NCBI RefSeq assembly: GCF_009914755.1
Contig: NC_060929.1
Length of the DNA stretch: 64,000 nt
Direction: 5' to 3' (one strand)
DNA from: the human T2T-CHM13v2.0 reference genome, Homo sapiens
Part shown: positions 28,772-44,264 of the stretch, in pieces
Position numbering within the stretch: the stretch's first letter is position 1
Layout of the letters: each line of letters starts with the position of its first letter
The notes under the pieces: generated by a model
Database searches by the model: none
What the model saw: only the letters and a program-made list of their open reading frames with translations
What the model was told of the DNA's origin: nothing
Program-made: the position numbers and the translations under genes

Positions 28772-28777
28772 CATATA
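28707..28777. repeat. (CT)~23(TA)~9 compound microsatellite at an Alu tail
   Basis: Read directly from the sequence. Confidence 0.93.
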
Positions 28778-29073
28778 TTTTTTTTTTTTTTAGAGACAGG
28801 GTCTTGCTCTGTTGCCTAGGTTGGGGTGTGGTGGTGGATCGTAGCTCACTGTAGCCTTGAATTCCTGAGCTCAAGTGATCCTCCTGTCTCAGCCTCCAAA
28901 GTAGCTAGTACTACAGGCACGCACCAACACACTCAGCTAGTTTTTAAATTTTTTCTACAGACAGGGTCTCACTAGGTTGCTCAGGCTGGTCTCCAACTCC
29001 AAGGCTCAAGTGATCCTTCTGCCTCAGCCTCCCAAAGTGCTGGGATTACAAGCGTGAGCTACCGCACCCAGCC
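28778..29073 (-). mobile_element. AluJ
   Basis: gagacagggtcttgctctgttgcc..ctcaagtgatcctcc..cccaaagtgctgggattaca..cccagcc. Confidence 0.93.
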
Positions 29074-30769
29074 CATAGACCTTTATAATTTAAAATGAGG
29101 TAGAGGGGTACACAGGGCAGATGGAAGACGTTTGACTACACCATAAAGACTAAGTGGCAGAGACACATAGTTTTGTTCGTGCAAATAATAAATGCATCTA
29201 TGATCTTTTTCACTAATTAAGAACGATGGTTTCTTTATTAAGCATTTTAAAAGGTCTATTTCCATAGCAGCAAACTGAAGCCACTAGGAAAAAAAAGAAC
29301 TTGGGTCTTTAAGAATGTTGGTTTATTATTTAAGTGTTGTACAGATTTATTTTTTATAAATCAAATATTTTTTATTTGTGAGAAGTGACTGAACACAATT
29401 ATTGGCCGGAGTGTTTCGGCTGCTTGACTTTATAGAACTTGAGTTTCCTGAACTTTATGGGTTCACAAACCTCTTCATGTTTCACAGGGTGCCCCCCAGG
29501 CCAAAATAAATGCCTGACAGTTCCATTTAGTAAGTTCTTAGGTCTGAACAGCTTGAATCATCTACATCCTAACATGTCCGTGCTTTGGGGCACTGCACAA
29601 CTTCTCAAAACTTGGAAGCAGACAATGCCATCTTCACATCCTCTCCTATGCTGATTGTCACTAGCACTTGCTTCATATCACAGAAACCTCTGAAAATCCT
29701 GGTATGCAAAGTGATGACATCATTGAAAGGAATGTGGCACAGCTGGATTTTGAAACTGAACTAATGGGAGCTCATGTTTCAACCTGGTTTCAAGATACCG
29801 TATTTATCTTGAAAATTTAAAATATCCCTCGGAATCCCTCGAATTTCCTATGTTGCCCTGGGACACCTTGGCATATAGTTTGGAAACAGAGCAAACGAAT
29901 CGTCCTCACGACAGCTGTGACCTAACCATTAATGAAAAACTTCAGCAAAATGAACAATTATTGGGAGAAGGGCAAATTATGTGTATATGAATAGGAAGTT
30001 CGTCTTGTAAAAGTTTATACTCAGAATTTCAGAATTTCAATTAAGTGACACAGTAGCTAAGTAAAATAAATAAAAACTTGTAGTTTGGGAAAATAGACTT
30101 ACACTCAATTTCTAAAAATTTGCTTATGTAAATGTTTTGAAATGTATCGTTTTATGACTTTGAAAGTCCTAAATCACAGCTTTCCTTAACAATTATTTAT
30201 ATATTTAAAAATACTATAAATTTTGGGGAAAACATCAGCATTTAGAATTGCTTTATCTTTTTTTACATTAGCAAGAGTACAGTAGAATGAGATCTTGCAA
30301 TGTTCATGACAAAAACACCATTTTAGTGGCAGTAGCATTACTGAAAATGCTTTATTATATTCAGCTTGTTCTTCACTGCATCAAATTGCTCTTAATGTCT
30401 TCAAACTTGTACGTGAACTTAAGGGACCTCCTTCACACCCATTTGTTGCCCTTTCCCCAGATCCTTTGTTGGGCTGATATGGACTTAGACTGCAGAATGA
30501 GAAATCAATGAGAGACTTGACAGCCAGAGAAAGCAAACAAACTCAGTGATGTGAAAACTGCTGTCAGGTCAGTGTAACAAGCAGCTCTTTCTAGATTTCA
30601 CTGCACTGCAGTGATCAGAAACTGGGGTGGGGGGGAGATTATACCTTAGTTCTATGTCTATAGACAACTACAGATTCAATAATCAGAGAGATTATCTCCT
30701 GTACATAACAATATTCTACAATAAGCACTGGCATAAGTTCATTTCTTACAAGTAGAAGTCAACATAATG

Positions 30770-31000
30770 TAAGCTCACATTTAAGGAGCATGTTCTGTGT
30801 TGCTAAGAACTGCTCTTATGCCTTCCTCACTTAATGTTCATCACATTCCCATCAGGGTGGTGCCATAAATATTCCATTTTATAGATGTAACATTTGCAGT
30901 ATAGAGAGCTTCAGCCACTTGCTAGGAGTCTCAGAGATGATCAGGTGATGGAGGCAGAATTAACCACAGGCTCTCTTCAGAGCCCACAGTCTTACCCAGG
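30770..31000 (-). mobile_element. MIR fragment
   Basis: ctcacttaatgttcatcaca..ccattttatagatg..gatggaggcagaattaaccacagg..cagagccc. Confidence 0.6.
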
Positions 31001-31568
31001 TGGCTCACTCTCTCATCAAACACTTTTTGTTACTATTTTTATAAGCCACTGCAAGTTGGGCACCAAAATGAATGTGTACTCCTCAGTAATTTCATGAGGA
31101 TAAAGTAAAATTCATCTACTGTAGGACTAACACCATGTTTCTTATGGCTCTTTCAATTATGATTGCCTTCTCCCCTCTAAATCAAGAGTTGTGTAATCTA
31201 AAAATAGCAGTATCTCACACAGAGATATTTTATGTTGCTGACTTTTATAAAGCAATGAACTGTTTGCAAATAAATATCTCTGCTATGCTTTCTCCATTTA
31301 TAATCTCAGGCAACCTCAGTCTGAGGTTATTCCAGGGCCCAGGGTCAGGAGATGGAACAGAGAATAAAAGGTCATACCTGAAGAAAAAAATCATCAGTGC
31401 TCTCAACCAGTTCTTACACCTCTCCTTTTCTTTTCTTTCATGATCTGTCTCTAAATTTTACTTGGCTTCTCACTGGGCCCCATTTGTTCAAATTCCTCCC
31501 AGATTTGTCATGTCCTGCCTTTCTCTGGCTTTTGTGAGTTACCTGTGATTTATTCAATTAAGGACTAT

Positions 31569-31928
31569 TGATATGGTTTGGCTGTGTCCTCACTCAAATC
31601 TTATCTTGAATTGTAGCTCCCATAATTCCCAAGTTTGTGGGATGGATCTGGTGGAAGATAATTGAATCATGGGGCTGTTTCCCCCATACTATTTTCATGC
31701 TAGTGAATAAGTCTCACAAGATCTGATGATTTTGTAGCAGTTTTCCCCTTTTGCTTGGCTCTCATTCTCTCTTGCCTGCTGCCATGTAAGACATGCCTTT
31801 CACCTTCCACCATGATTGTGAGGCCTCCCCAGCCACATGGAACTGTGAGTCCATTAAACCTCTTTTTCTTTATAAATTACCCAGTCTTGGGTATGTCTTT
31901 ATCAGCAGTGTGAAAACAGAATAATATA
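31569..31928 (+). mobile_element. THE1B-like solo LTR
   Basis: tgatatggtttggctgtgtcc..gataattgaatcatgggg..ccatgattgtgaggcctccccagcc..attaaacctctttt; flanks actat/acgat. Confidence 0.93.
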
Positions 31929-34009
31929 ACGATGATGTAAAAATACAATAGACCATCTAGATATCTATGTCCATAAAGAGTTATGCTATTTGTTGATGCA
32001 ATAAATAAAACCTTCTGGATAAAATATTTTTCCTAATCTGTATTATTCTGCTCACCTTAGTGTTCTCCTGCCTTAAATCTCCCAAAAGGGAGTTGCTAAG
32101 CCAATCAAAATCTACTGGTTTGATTTGAAACAGATATTTTCTTTAAATAAGGTCTGATACAAAACACCTATCTTTCTGTACACTCAGTATATTTAATTTT
32201 TTATGTTTACTTACTTGGTGTAATCTATTGCCTTGACCCAAAACTATTTGTTATTTTTTATTACAATCCATTATGACTAAAAAAATGCTTTACATCAAAC
32301 GGGTATTTAGAAAATGATGACCTTCTAGTCATCAAATTTAGTTAGTTGAAACATTGGATTTTTAAAATTTACATAATTTACTGCAATTTTAACACACTCA
32401 GTTTAGCAGAGTGATGGGATTTACTAGTTGCTCAATAAACATTAGTAGTCAATCCACTTTTCTTCCCAGAGCCTGATTTTCAGACATCTTAAATGACTTG
32501 TGCAAAGTTGGTAAAAGAAGCTCCCATCACTTCAAGTTTCCCTGAATACATACCCTCTGCTCAATGCATAAAGCAAAGCCCACCCTATCCTGGCTGTGGT
32601 TCTCAGGAACCACACATCCAGGTAAAGGAAGCTGGATATGATACCTGAATGTGTCTGGGCACAAAAGAATAATTTAATCATAGGTAGAGCAAAGAACATG
32701 GTTCCTACCTTGCACAATAGAACTGGGAACTCTCAAATTTTCTGGTGCTCTTTAGGGAATGTTTTTGACTCCATTTGAATAGGTATCAGAGGTGCAGGCT
32801 GTGGTCAGAGGCAACATCTCCAAGAAGGCTTTCTTCTACTAGGTCAGAGGAAATGCCCATTTCCTAGGTTCTGAGAACATTCAGATTCACCATACAACAG
32901 TGCATGTCAAAATTACAAAGTGGAAGACGGTCTAGAAATGTTTTTTACACTTCAAGAAGTATGAAATGTATAAAATACTTTTCTGAGCTAGGAGAAACAG
33001 GTGTCACCCTTACTTTTAGACTTGCAAATTATAATGCAGGGCAGCCTCCCTTCCCAACTAAGAATTATCTGGCCCAAAATCTCAGTAGTGCTGAGGCTGA
33101 GAAACCGTGGTGTATACTATATTATGCACATTTTGATAGCCCAGAACATAAACTGTAAGAGGCACTACATTAGGTCAAAACACTGTCAGTTCAGACCAAC
33201 ATCTTTCTCTGAATAGGACCAAGGATTTGGGTTGCTGTTGTAATTTAAAATTTGTCTTTGGAGTCATGCCAGAGCTACAGGTTTAGGGATGCATTTCAAA
33301 ACATTTTCCCTCCATCTTCTATTATGTTTGTGTCATCTATGAGTTTTTTTCCTAAATATCCCTTGACTTGTTTATGTTTCAAGTCTTTACAACACACGAG
33401 ACTTTAAATTTACTGCCTATTGTATGATTTAATACTTCCTTGTGGTAAATAGAAGAAGGGAAAAAGGACTGAATTAACAATTCCTGGGGAAAAAAAACTC
33501 ACTTCATGAAAAATGTCCATGCATCTCAGTTGCAGTGAGGACTTGTCACATCGGCCCATTTCTGCAACAGTTGGGCCTCCAGCTGTCTCTACACATCATT
33601 TCTGGAGAGCAGACTTTGCGCTGGTTTTGCACAGAGGCCGACTAGAACTTTCGACAGGCAAGTGTGTGACACAGAAGCATCTTGAAATCCTAGCATTTTT
33701 TCCTGTTCATTTAACAGCTAGGGAGGTTTCAAACATCTTTCAAAAAATACTTTCTTAGAACTAAAATCACCATAATATTGTGACATAAAGAAAAATTCAA
33801 TCTTGTCTCATGCTCTCATTTTCTTTGAAACACAAAATCCATACTTGGCTGCGACCACAAAGGTTACGCATTCTATCTAGTAGGATGCAGATGAAGGAAG
33901 GCACAGGCACGGTTATCATGGAGGAACACAAATCTTTATCAGGTCTGTTTCTTCAGTAACTGTTGGGGAAAAAATAGTGGGAATAAAAGTTTGGTTTCTA
34001 AGCTCCTCC

Positions 34010-34810
34010 CAGCATCAATCAGTCACGAGAGCTGGAAACTCACTTTCCATAATACTCCCATTGCTGGAGCCATGGCCCAGGGCCTCATTACGTCTTGCTT
34101 TGGAAACTGTGATGGTTTCCTAATGGGCTCTGTTGCTCCAGGCTGTAGCCTCTCCATTTTATCCTGCACAACTCCGTCCCTGTGAGGCTTCTAAAGGCAA
34201 ACCCCAGCATTTTACTGACCTTCCAGCAACCCTCCATTGCACTCCATCACGGGACTTTGTTCCAGAACAGCCCTGCGTTCCGGCCACTGCCTCCTCCCTG
34301 GCTATACTCCTTGTGCCTGTGTGCTCTTTGGTGCATGCCCTGTGCTCAGGCCGAACTGTCTGTAGTTCCCTACTCATGCCAAACTGTGTCACTTCCTCCT
34401 CGGCTAACTTGGCCCCATCTCCTACCTGGCAATGCTGGTTCTGCTCCAGCATTAGCACCTGTAAAACTCCTTTCCTAATGACAAAAAAGTTGATAATATG
34501 CCTAGGTCATATTTGTGTGTTGACATAGATACATAAAACCCATTTGTGGGTCACACCACTCTGAAAAAAATACTGTCTGGTTTTTGACCCCATGAAAATT
34601 TCCCCAGCCTCTCTGTGGCAACCAAGGAGAATGTGTAGCACTTGTCACGTTGAAACTTGACACTTATTTGTGTAATTTTGTAATGATAATTTCCTCTACT
34701 CAACAGTAAACTCCAGAGAGCAGGGTTCATGCTAAGTTTAACTCATCATTATCTTCGCAGTACCTGGCATACTTCTTTGCATATAGTAGATATTCAATGA
34801 ACAAATGAAA
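34010..34810 (+). mobile_element. L2 fragments
   Basis: ggtttcctaatgggctct..ccagcaaccctccattgcac, and 3' end gtaaactccagagagcaggg..gtacctggcata..tattcaatgaacaaatgaa. Confidence 0.55.
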
Positions 34811-35066
34811 CTATTCCAAGATAAAGTCATCTCAAAGATAAAAATAAGAATGATGACAGAAAGAGTATATATGCAATATTACATATGTACTAACTTATCA
34901 GTGGCTTGCTCTCTGGCTTACCATAGCTCCTCCTTAACCCCATTCATTAATTCAGCAAACATTTACGGGATACCAATGAGGCATAGTGAATAATATCCAC
35001 TGGCCCCAGGGGCTACGGATGAGGAGGTCAAGGTGGGATAAAAGAGTGGGCAACATCAGTGTACGC

Positions 35067-35287
35067 CAGGGTTTCTCAACCTCAGCACTACTAAGATTTG
35101 GGGCCAGGTAATTCTTGGTTGGGAAGGGAGGCTGCCCTGCCTTATAACATATTTATGCAACATGCCTGGCCTCTACCAATTAAATGCTAATAGCACCCTT
35201 TTCCCCCAAGCTGTGACAACTAAAAAAAGTCCAGACATTGTCAAATGTCCCCTGGGGAGCAAAATTATCTCTGGTTGAGAATTACTG
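35067..35287. mobile_element. MER20 hAT MITE
   Basis: cagggtttctcaacctcagcacta..ttggggccaggtaattctt..gtgacaactaaaaaaagtccagacattgtcaaatgtcccctggggagcaaaat..ggttgagaattactg. Confidence 0.9.
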
Positions 35288-35620
35288 ATGTAAGGTAATA
35301 TTTCTGATACAGCAAGAGAAAGGTCACAGGAAATTAATCTCTGTATGACCTCTAGTCATATTACATAGACCTTTGTTGGCTTATTTCTTGCTAATAATAT
35401 TGCCAAATGGTGTAGCAGTAGGTTTTCTCCACTGAATCTCAGTGATTTTTGGTCCAGAATTGTGTTGTGAAGGAAAGAAAGAATGGGAAAGGGTGTGCAG
35501 CAATTACCTCTTGTTTCCTTGGTTCAAGCACCTAAGTGAATGATTAGCCATTGGCACATGTGATAAGACTGCAGGAGTCATGGGAATATTCTCAGAGTTC
35601 ATCACCATGCACCAATTTAC

Positions 35621-35982
35621 TGTATTAGTCCATTCTCATGCTGCTATGAAGAAATAACCAAGACTGGGTAATTTACAAAGAAAAGAGGTTTAAGAGCCAG
35701 TTCTGCATCGCCGGGGAGGCCTCAGGAAACGTACAGTCATGGCAGAAGGCACCCCTTCATAGGGCAGCAGGAGAGAGAATAAGTGCCAGCAGGAGAAATG
35801 CCAGACGCTTATAAAACCATCAGATCTCCTGAGAACTCACTCATTATCAATGAGAACAGCATGGGAGAAACCACCCTTATGATTCAATTACCTCCCACTA
35901 GGTTTCTCCCAAGACACATGAGGAATATGGGGTTACAATTCGAGATGAGATTCAGGTGGGAACACAAAGCCAAACCTTATCA
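35621..35982 (-). mobile_element. THE1D solo LTR, sense to CTNND2
   Basis: tgtattagtccattctcatgctgctatgaagaaata..gaaatgccagacgcttataaaaccatcagatctc..gccaaaccttatca. Confidence 0.92.
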
Positions 35983-37224
35983 CCCACCCTAACAGGAGCC
36001 TGATGGTTGATGGGCTTTCTACAGCATGTCCTGCCTCTCAGTGTCCCATGAACCTTGCCAGGCAAACGAATGACTATTTTCTGCTGGCTCCTCACTTATA
36101 GCTCTGCAATACTGCACTTATTTAGATGGTAAGGCACCTGACAGTCTCCATGCTAAGTAACTCTCCTCATGCATTTCAACATCGCCATCATTCTCCTATT
36201 ACTCCTCCAAGCCCTCTTCCATCGGGGAATAGAGCTGGTGCAGCGCTTTCAGTTCATTGTACTCCTGGGGGAGAATAATGCTCTTCAACTGATCTGGTGT
36301 CTCAGTCAAACTTAGATCCCTCTGAAAGTCAGATCCTTTCAGCGTAGCATCCCTGAGTGCCGTGTTGGCAGGAAGCGAGACTCGTACCTTAGGCTGAATG
36401 GATTTCTTCTAACCAATCCCAGATATCAGAGTAGTGCAAAGTCCTGCCCATCAGGGAACCAACATATGCTGCATCTTCACAATGTCCACAGGCCAGGGAG
36501 GCAGCCGACATATGGCCCAAAGAGGGAATGGAGAGCTGACCAGGCCCAAAGCATTTGGAGGGGCTGGATGGGCCCCTGCTCTCCTTTCTTTTCTCTCCCT
36601 GGCAGCATCATGGCTTCCATCTGGTCATCTAAAAATCTTTTAAAACACTCACTCATCAACATTGCTATTACTGTTCACAAGCTTATGCTCAGGCACCAAT
36701 CCGTTCAGTGAATTTTTCAGGGTCACACAGAAACACCTTACAAAAGCTGAAAAAGACTTCCATGCCCCTCAAAGGCAAGCGAACCTGGTCATCACTTCAT
36801 CCTTATTAGATTAAAATGATCTAATCTTGGTAAGTTTCGCTTTGTCTACTCTTTTCATTTTTGCACAGAAAAGGATTATGTGTGCGTTTTTTTCAATGTG
36901 GCAGGTTATGAAAAACACTCATGAGCAGTTTCTTCACCTCTGAAGTGGAAGAAAGTGAGTTTTTCTGAGATTGCAGAATTTAAAAAATAATCAAAACCTG
37001 AGGATTTTAGGTCATTATTAACAGAACTCCTATGTTTAGATTTCATAAAGTCTTGTCAGAGGTGCATTTCAACAGAAAAATTCTGTACATTCTCCATATC
37101 TTTTTTCTTTCTTACTTCTCATTTCCCTCTGCACAGAAAAGATCAGCTAATTAGGAGATTCTTATGTCTCCTTCCTATTCTTCATCTATCCCCAATACAT
37201 GAATCAGTGTATCCTTTTTGTAGG

Positions 37225-37545
37225 TCATGCTCTGTTTGGCTAGGCTACAGTTCCCGTGATTTAATCAAACACAAATCCACAAGTTGCCCTGAAGGTATTT
37301 TGTAGCTAGGATTACCATCTACAATCAGTTGACTTCAAGTCTAGGAGGTTACCCTTAATAATATGGGTGAGCCTTGTACCATCAGTTGAAAAACGAAAAC
37401 TCAAGACTTCAGTAGTAACTCCTGCCTGAGTTTCCAGCCTGATGGTCTGCCCTGCAGATTTCAGACTTGCTAACTCCCACAAATGCATGAGCCAATTCTT
37501 TAAAATCAATCTCTCTCTTTCTCCCTCTCTGTGTGTATATGTGGG
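37225..37545 (+). mobile_element. MLT2 (ERVL) LTR fragment
   Basis: gaaggtattttgtag..aatcagttgact..ataatatgggtgagcc..atcagttgaa..ctgccctgcagatttcagacttgc..gagccaattctttaaaatcaatctctct. Confidence 0.8.
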
Positions 37546-37569
37546 TCTCTTGGGATGTTTATTCCTGGG

Positions 37570-37900
37570 ATATACCCTTTTAGATCCCAGCCACCACGCC
37601 AAAAAAAAAGATGGCACCATGTAGAGAAGATGCTAGGTCAATTGCCCCTGCTGAGCTCCCAGTTGACAGCAGTTTCACCTGCCTGCACCAGATTGTGCCA
37701 TCCTGGACATCCAGCCCTGTGGGACCATTACATGATGCAGCCCACTGACATCTCACTGCATGCTCATGAGACTGCCCAAGTCAGAACTGTCCAGCTAAGC
37801 CCAGTCTACACAGAGAATCATGAGAGGTGAAGATTCACTGTTCTTTTAGACACTACGGGTTGGGGTGGTTGGTTATGCAGCAAATGGCAATGACATATAG
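37570..37900 (+). mobile_element. Old MLT1 LTR fragment
   Basis: cccagccaccacgcc..gagctcccagttgacagc..ccagctaagccc..agaatcatgaga..ttggggtggttggttatgcagca. Confidence 0.65.
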
Positions 37901-38807
37901 GAAGAGCTTTTGCTATGTTGTTCTCGAGTCATGTTTGTATTTGAAAAAGAGCTTCTTCAAATGAGTCAAGAAGATAATGCAATGTGTCCAAATAGCACCT
38001 GGATTTTGCTGAATTCTTTCTCTTCAGACAGGAATAAAAGATCTGAAAAGAACCGCTTTGTTGAGGCCATCAGTTTGTTGTTAACAACCCTCAAAGTCAG
38101 CCTGGAATGGATTTAGCTCACTGTATCAAGACTGTGGACCCAGAGAGCTGTTCATCTGCTGTGCTTTTTCACTAATATTTTTTAAAGGGATAAACACGTT
38201 TTAAGCCACTCAGAAATTGTCCTAAAATGGAGATATTGCAACTACTACTTAATTTTTCCAACTCATTTATGACTTTCCTATGCAGCTCTGCATATGGTGA
38301 GTGAAATAATCTATCAGTCTGTTTCATTACATCCGAGATGGCCCTTCCTTGAATGATGTGTTCATATCTAATATTTGCTGCTGTGAAGTGATGGAGATAG
38401 GAAGGAGGAGTAGAACAGACCATAGGAATGAGAAGAAACATAGCAGGCAGGCAAATATATTTTAAATAGACAAAGACTCATGCTGAGAGGATAAATGGAC
38501 AGAATGTTGTTTCCTGGTGTTTAGACCTCTTTGGAAGATCCTGTCTATATGATGCTATTAAATTACAAATTGCCACTGTAATGTATAAAATAACGACATA
38601 TTTTAAATTTGTTGCTTCTTCCGAAGAGCTTTATTTACACACTAAGAAAAAAGGCTTAAAAGCACAAGGTCTCACACGAAAACCCAATGAAAAAAAACCA
38701 GTAAAATTATCTTTTACAATATCAAAATATTTAAAAATTTCATGTAATATATGTAAAAAGAGGACAATCAATGTCCTAATCTGTTTTATATGGCTATAAC
38801 AGAAAAT

Positions 38808-39032
38808 TCATCTGTGAGGGCCTTCTTGCTACCTCATCCCACAGTCGAAGGGGAAAAGGCAAGAGAGCACACACAAGTGAGAACCCACTCTCACAATAAT
38901 ATACCTGCTCCTGACATAATGACATTAATCTATAAGCCAGTCACCACTCAAAGGTCCCACCTCTCAACAAGATAGTACTGGGGATTAAGTTTCCAACACA
39001 GGAATTTTGAGGGACACATTCAAACCTTAGCA
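38808..39032 (-). mobile_element. MST/MLT1A-type LTR fragment
   Basis: gtgagggccttcttgct..aaaggtcccacctctcaaca..ggggattaagtttccaacaca..ggacacattcaaaccttagca. Confidence 0.75.
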
Positions 39033-40308
39033 ATCAACAATTTGAAAAAAATTCAAGGTGACAAGGACAACCATCTTATTGGCAATCATTAAGGGGGTAA
39101 CATAAAATTTACTATTATAGGGAAGTATAATAGATGAGTTGGTGAGTAAAGACTGAATCCATACAAAGGTTATTAAATTAATTCTGACATATCCGTAATT
39201 ATGACGGGCCTGAGAGCAGGACTCTCAAGGTTTTAGCTGTCGAATTGGCTCACACATCTTGGAAGGATGGGTCTGGCTCGGTGCATGCAGGTTGATCCCA
39301 GGCAGGGTGCTAACATTTTCAAGATGATACCCAGCCACAGTCACGCGAATGCTTGTGTGAATTTATACTTCACCTTGGCCCAGAAAGGACTTGGTGGGGG
39401 TTTCCTCTACTCTAACAAAAACTAAAAAATTAAAATTATGGCTCTTCACACAGAGGCAAATGACACAGGTAGCATTAGTGACAGTGATATTGGGCTGGCC
39501 GTTTGTCCCAGCCTCTCATCGGTCTAGGCCAGATCTCTTGGTCTTGCCCCAAGACAAGGGGCATGGGCTTGAGCCTCTTTATATTCTGGGAGTTCCTTCC
39601 TCCAGAACTCGCTGAGAGAATACTTTATTTGTTATTTGTTGCACACTGACACTGTGCTTAGGATCTGGCAAGCTACCCAATGTCCTCCCGGGTGCTTTGC
39701 AATCGAGACTGACAAATACCCAATTATAAAATCCACCAGCTGAAAAGGCAGTTAACTCTCCAAAGGACAGAGTCACTTAGCATTTTTATTTGGCCTCCAT
39801 CTCAGACACTAAAGCAGCCTCTCAGTATCCTGCTGAACAAACCAAGGGTCATGTGTTTCTCTAGCTCTGGATGGTGGGATGCCCCGAGGGCAAAACATCC
39901 TCGTGTCTCACCCACCCCAAGATGGATATAGGGGATCTTCCACCACTGCAAACCTTGGTCTTTCTAACCTAAGTTAGAATACTATAGTATAACCAACTAG
40001 TATTGGTAAATAGGAAAGAAAGGGAGAGCATGAGAAATAATGGATTTTGCAGCTTTTATTTGTGAGTGAATGGGCCCACAATTTTCCCTTCCTGAAAGTC
40101 AACTTGAAGTTGAAATAATGGGGTGATACACCGTGAAACAACTCAATGACTACTCAGCCCAGTGGTGTTAGATAAATATTTAAAGTTAAGTATCTCGTGT
40201 AGAAAGTCTAAGTTAATCATAAAATCAAGGTGAGTCAAAACATATCTACGCCTTAGTTATTTATTTCATAATTTATCTATTATAGAGATCAAGAGTTTCA
40301 TAGGCACC

Positions 40309-41144
<836 letters not shown>

Positions 41145-41745
41145 TCAACAACATAGGCTTTTAGAAACTTCAAAAAAGACTTTTCCTGCCGAGAATCGTT
41201 TAATTTATTTACATACAGCCTGACATGCTCTAGAACGAATTTCCGATGGCTCTCACAAAAGCATAACATTTCAGAGGTGAAAGAAAACTTGATGCCCACA
41301 TAAGTGCAACTTTCACCTGAAATGTGACCTTGGATTGCAGAGCCATCATCTGTGTGTATGACAAGAGAACACCTCTTCTAGCTGGCCCACCTCCATTCAA
41401 AGATGACTTGATTCTAAATTTTCTTTTTCCATTGACCCAGCATCGATATCTCAACCTGCTTGACTTTATTGCTGACTTCTGAAACCTTTCAAGATAACTA
41501 AAAATCTCTTTTGTATAATGGCCCATTTCGTATTTCAAATATGAAATGCATCTCAGTATTTAATTTAAGTGTATTTTAAATAGAGCAACCAAGGAAATGA
41601 TTAAAGAATACCATAACTCTAGAGTAGAATATTTAAAGCCAGTAAAAATGATGTGTTGAAAGTATACTTAATAACATGCAAAAATGCTCATGAAATGATA
41701 GTCAATAAAAAAAGATATAAATCCATATTGGAACTATGATTACAA

Positions 41746-41790
41746 ATGTGTGTGTGCATGTATGTGTGTGTGTGAGTGTGTGTGTGTGAG
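41746..41790. repeat. (TG)n microsatellite, interrupted
   Basis: Read directly from the sequence. Confidence 0.85.
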
Positions 41791-42448
41791 GTGGAGAAAG
41801 AGTGAAGACAGAGGAAAAGAATGAATAAGAAAATTAAGAGAATTTAAAAAGCCTGGGAGAGAATAAACGTGAATAATGTTATCAGTGGTGGCACCATGAA
41901 CCACTTGTAAAATATATCTTTGTATTTTCCAGTATGAGCCTTGAATTCATGCCTTTACAGTTACTGTGTGTATCTCTGCACTTACACCCACCCTAAACTC
42001 TTTACAGTTAATTTCATCAAATACCCAGTATTCCTCAGCTGATGATTTTGAGTCTTTTGTCCTCTACTCTAAACACACTCCAGTTTGTGCATGTGTCTGT
42101 TTCTGGAACTGCCAATAACTAGACACAGCGTCCCAGGTGTGGTGTGAATAGCTCAGATGCAGTGGATTAGGGTCTCCTTTGCCCTGGACAAGGTCTTTCT
42201 TTCCATGCATTTGAAATCGTCTTCCCTCTGGTGGCACGTCATCTGTAATCTCACGTTCACCTTCGAATCAACTAACATAGATGTTCTTTTAAAACATGTT
42301 TTGCTAAGAGCATTCTGATAAGTCTTTATTCTTAGTTCTGGCCATCAGAATGACCAATTAACTGAAATACTTATTTCAATTATTTGGTCTATCTAATATA
42401 TAGTTTAAAATACAAGGAGAATTGTCAATTTTCCAAAGGATAGTCATT

Positions 42449-42586
42449 TGATATTATGGGTTGAATTGTGTCCTTCAAAAAGCTATACTGAACTGGCGAA
42501 TCCAGAACCTGTGAATGTGACTTTATTTGGAAACAGGGTCTTTGCAGATGTAAGTAAGTTATGAGGTCATATTGGATTAGGGTAGG
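42449..42586 (+). mobile_element. MLT1 LTR 5' fragment
   Basis: tattatgggttgaattgtgtcc..aacctgtgaatgtgactttatttggaaacagggtctttgcagatg. Confidence 0.8.
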
Positions 42587-42589
42587 CTG

Positions 42590-42685
42590 TGGCAGTGGGC
42601 ATGGCTATGTTCCAATAAAACTTTATTTTCAGAAACAAACAGTGGGCCAAATTTGGCCCATGGGATACAGTTTGCTGATGACTGC
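42590..42685. mobile_element. MER58A fragment
   Basis: gggcatggctatgttccaataaaactttatt..ggccaaatttggcccatggg..agtttgctga. Confidence 0.8.
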
Positions 42686-42902
42686 TGAAACTGTTTGAGG
42701 AAGATAATGGTTTTACTGGGTTCACAGGTGAGGGAAGTGAGGTTGAAAGTTTACAATCTTGTAGAAAAATCACACAGTGAATACAGGGTAGCCCTGGAGT
42801 TTCAACTGACACCACATCTCCAGAAGCCGCCGTTGTAATCACTCGGCTACACTATCTTAGAGGCAAGAACAATTCTGCACTTTTGTTAAAAGTGTATTCA
42901 TT

Positions 42903-43423
<521 letters not shown>

Positions 43424-43953
43424 GTTCTAAAGAAGTTACATATGTTAGAAGATTCAGGAAATTAAAATTCAGAGTTATTGAACATTAGTGTCTCAAACAA
43501 TCTGTGTATAGGACTGGAAAAAATAATGTACATGAGAGAACAGAGGAAACAAAAATCTTAGGGAATCAGTGAAAGCTTGATGTACATCTCAAAGTTTCTG
43601 GTGGTTTTCCTAGCTGAAAAAACAATTAAAGGGATTTCTTTCAAGTTTCTGGGGCACACAGGAGAAACCATGAGGGTGATGTCCCACAACACAAGCCCTT
43701 CTTTTGCAGGATGGTCCCACCCTCTGCAAAGCTCCTCTCCACACTGCAGACGGGCCTTTTACTTGCCCCCAAACCATACTCCTGTATTACTCAGTAGCGT
43801 TTTGCTGAATCTTTTATTCCCTTAATACAAAAGTACTCCAAACACTCTAGGAGCGTTTGACTGAGTGTTAAACTGTTCTGCTCAGAAGACATATAGCATT
43901 AAGTTGTCCAAAATCAGTTGCAAATCACTCAGCATCACTGTATGTATTCTCTA

Positions 43954-44264
<311 letters not shown>

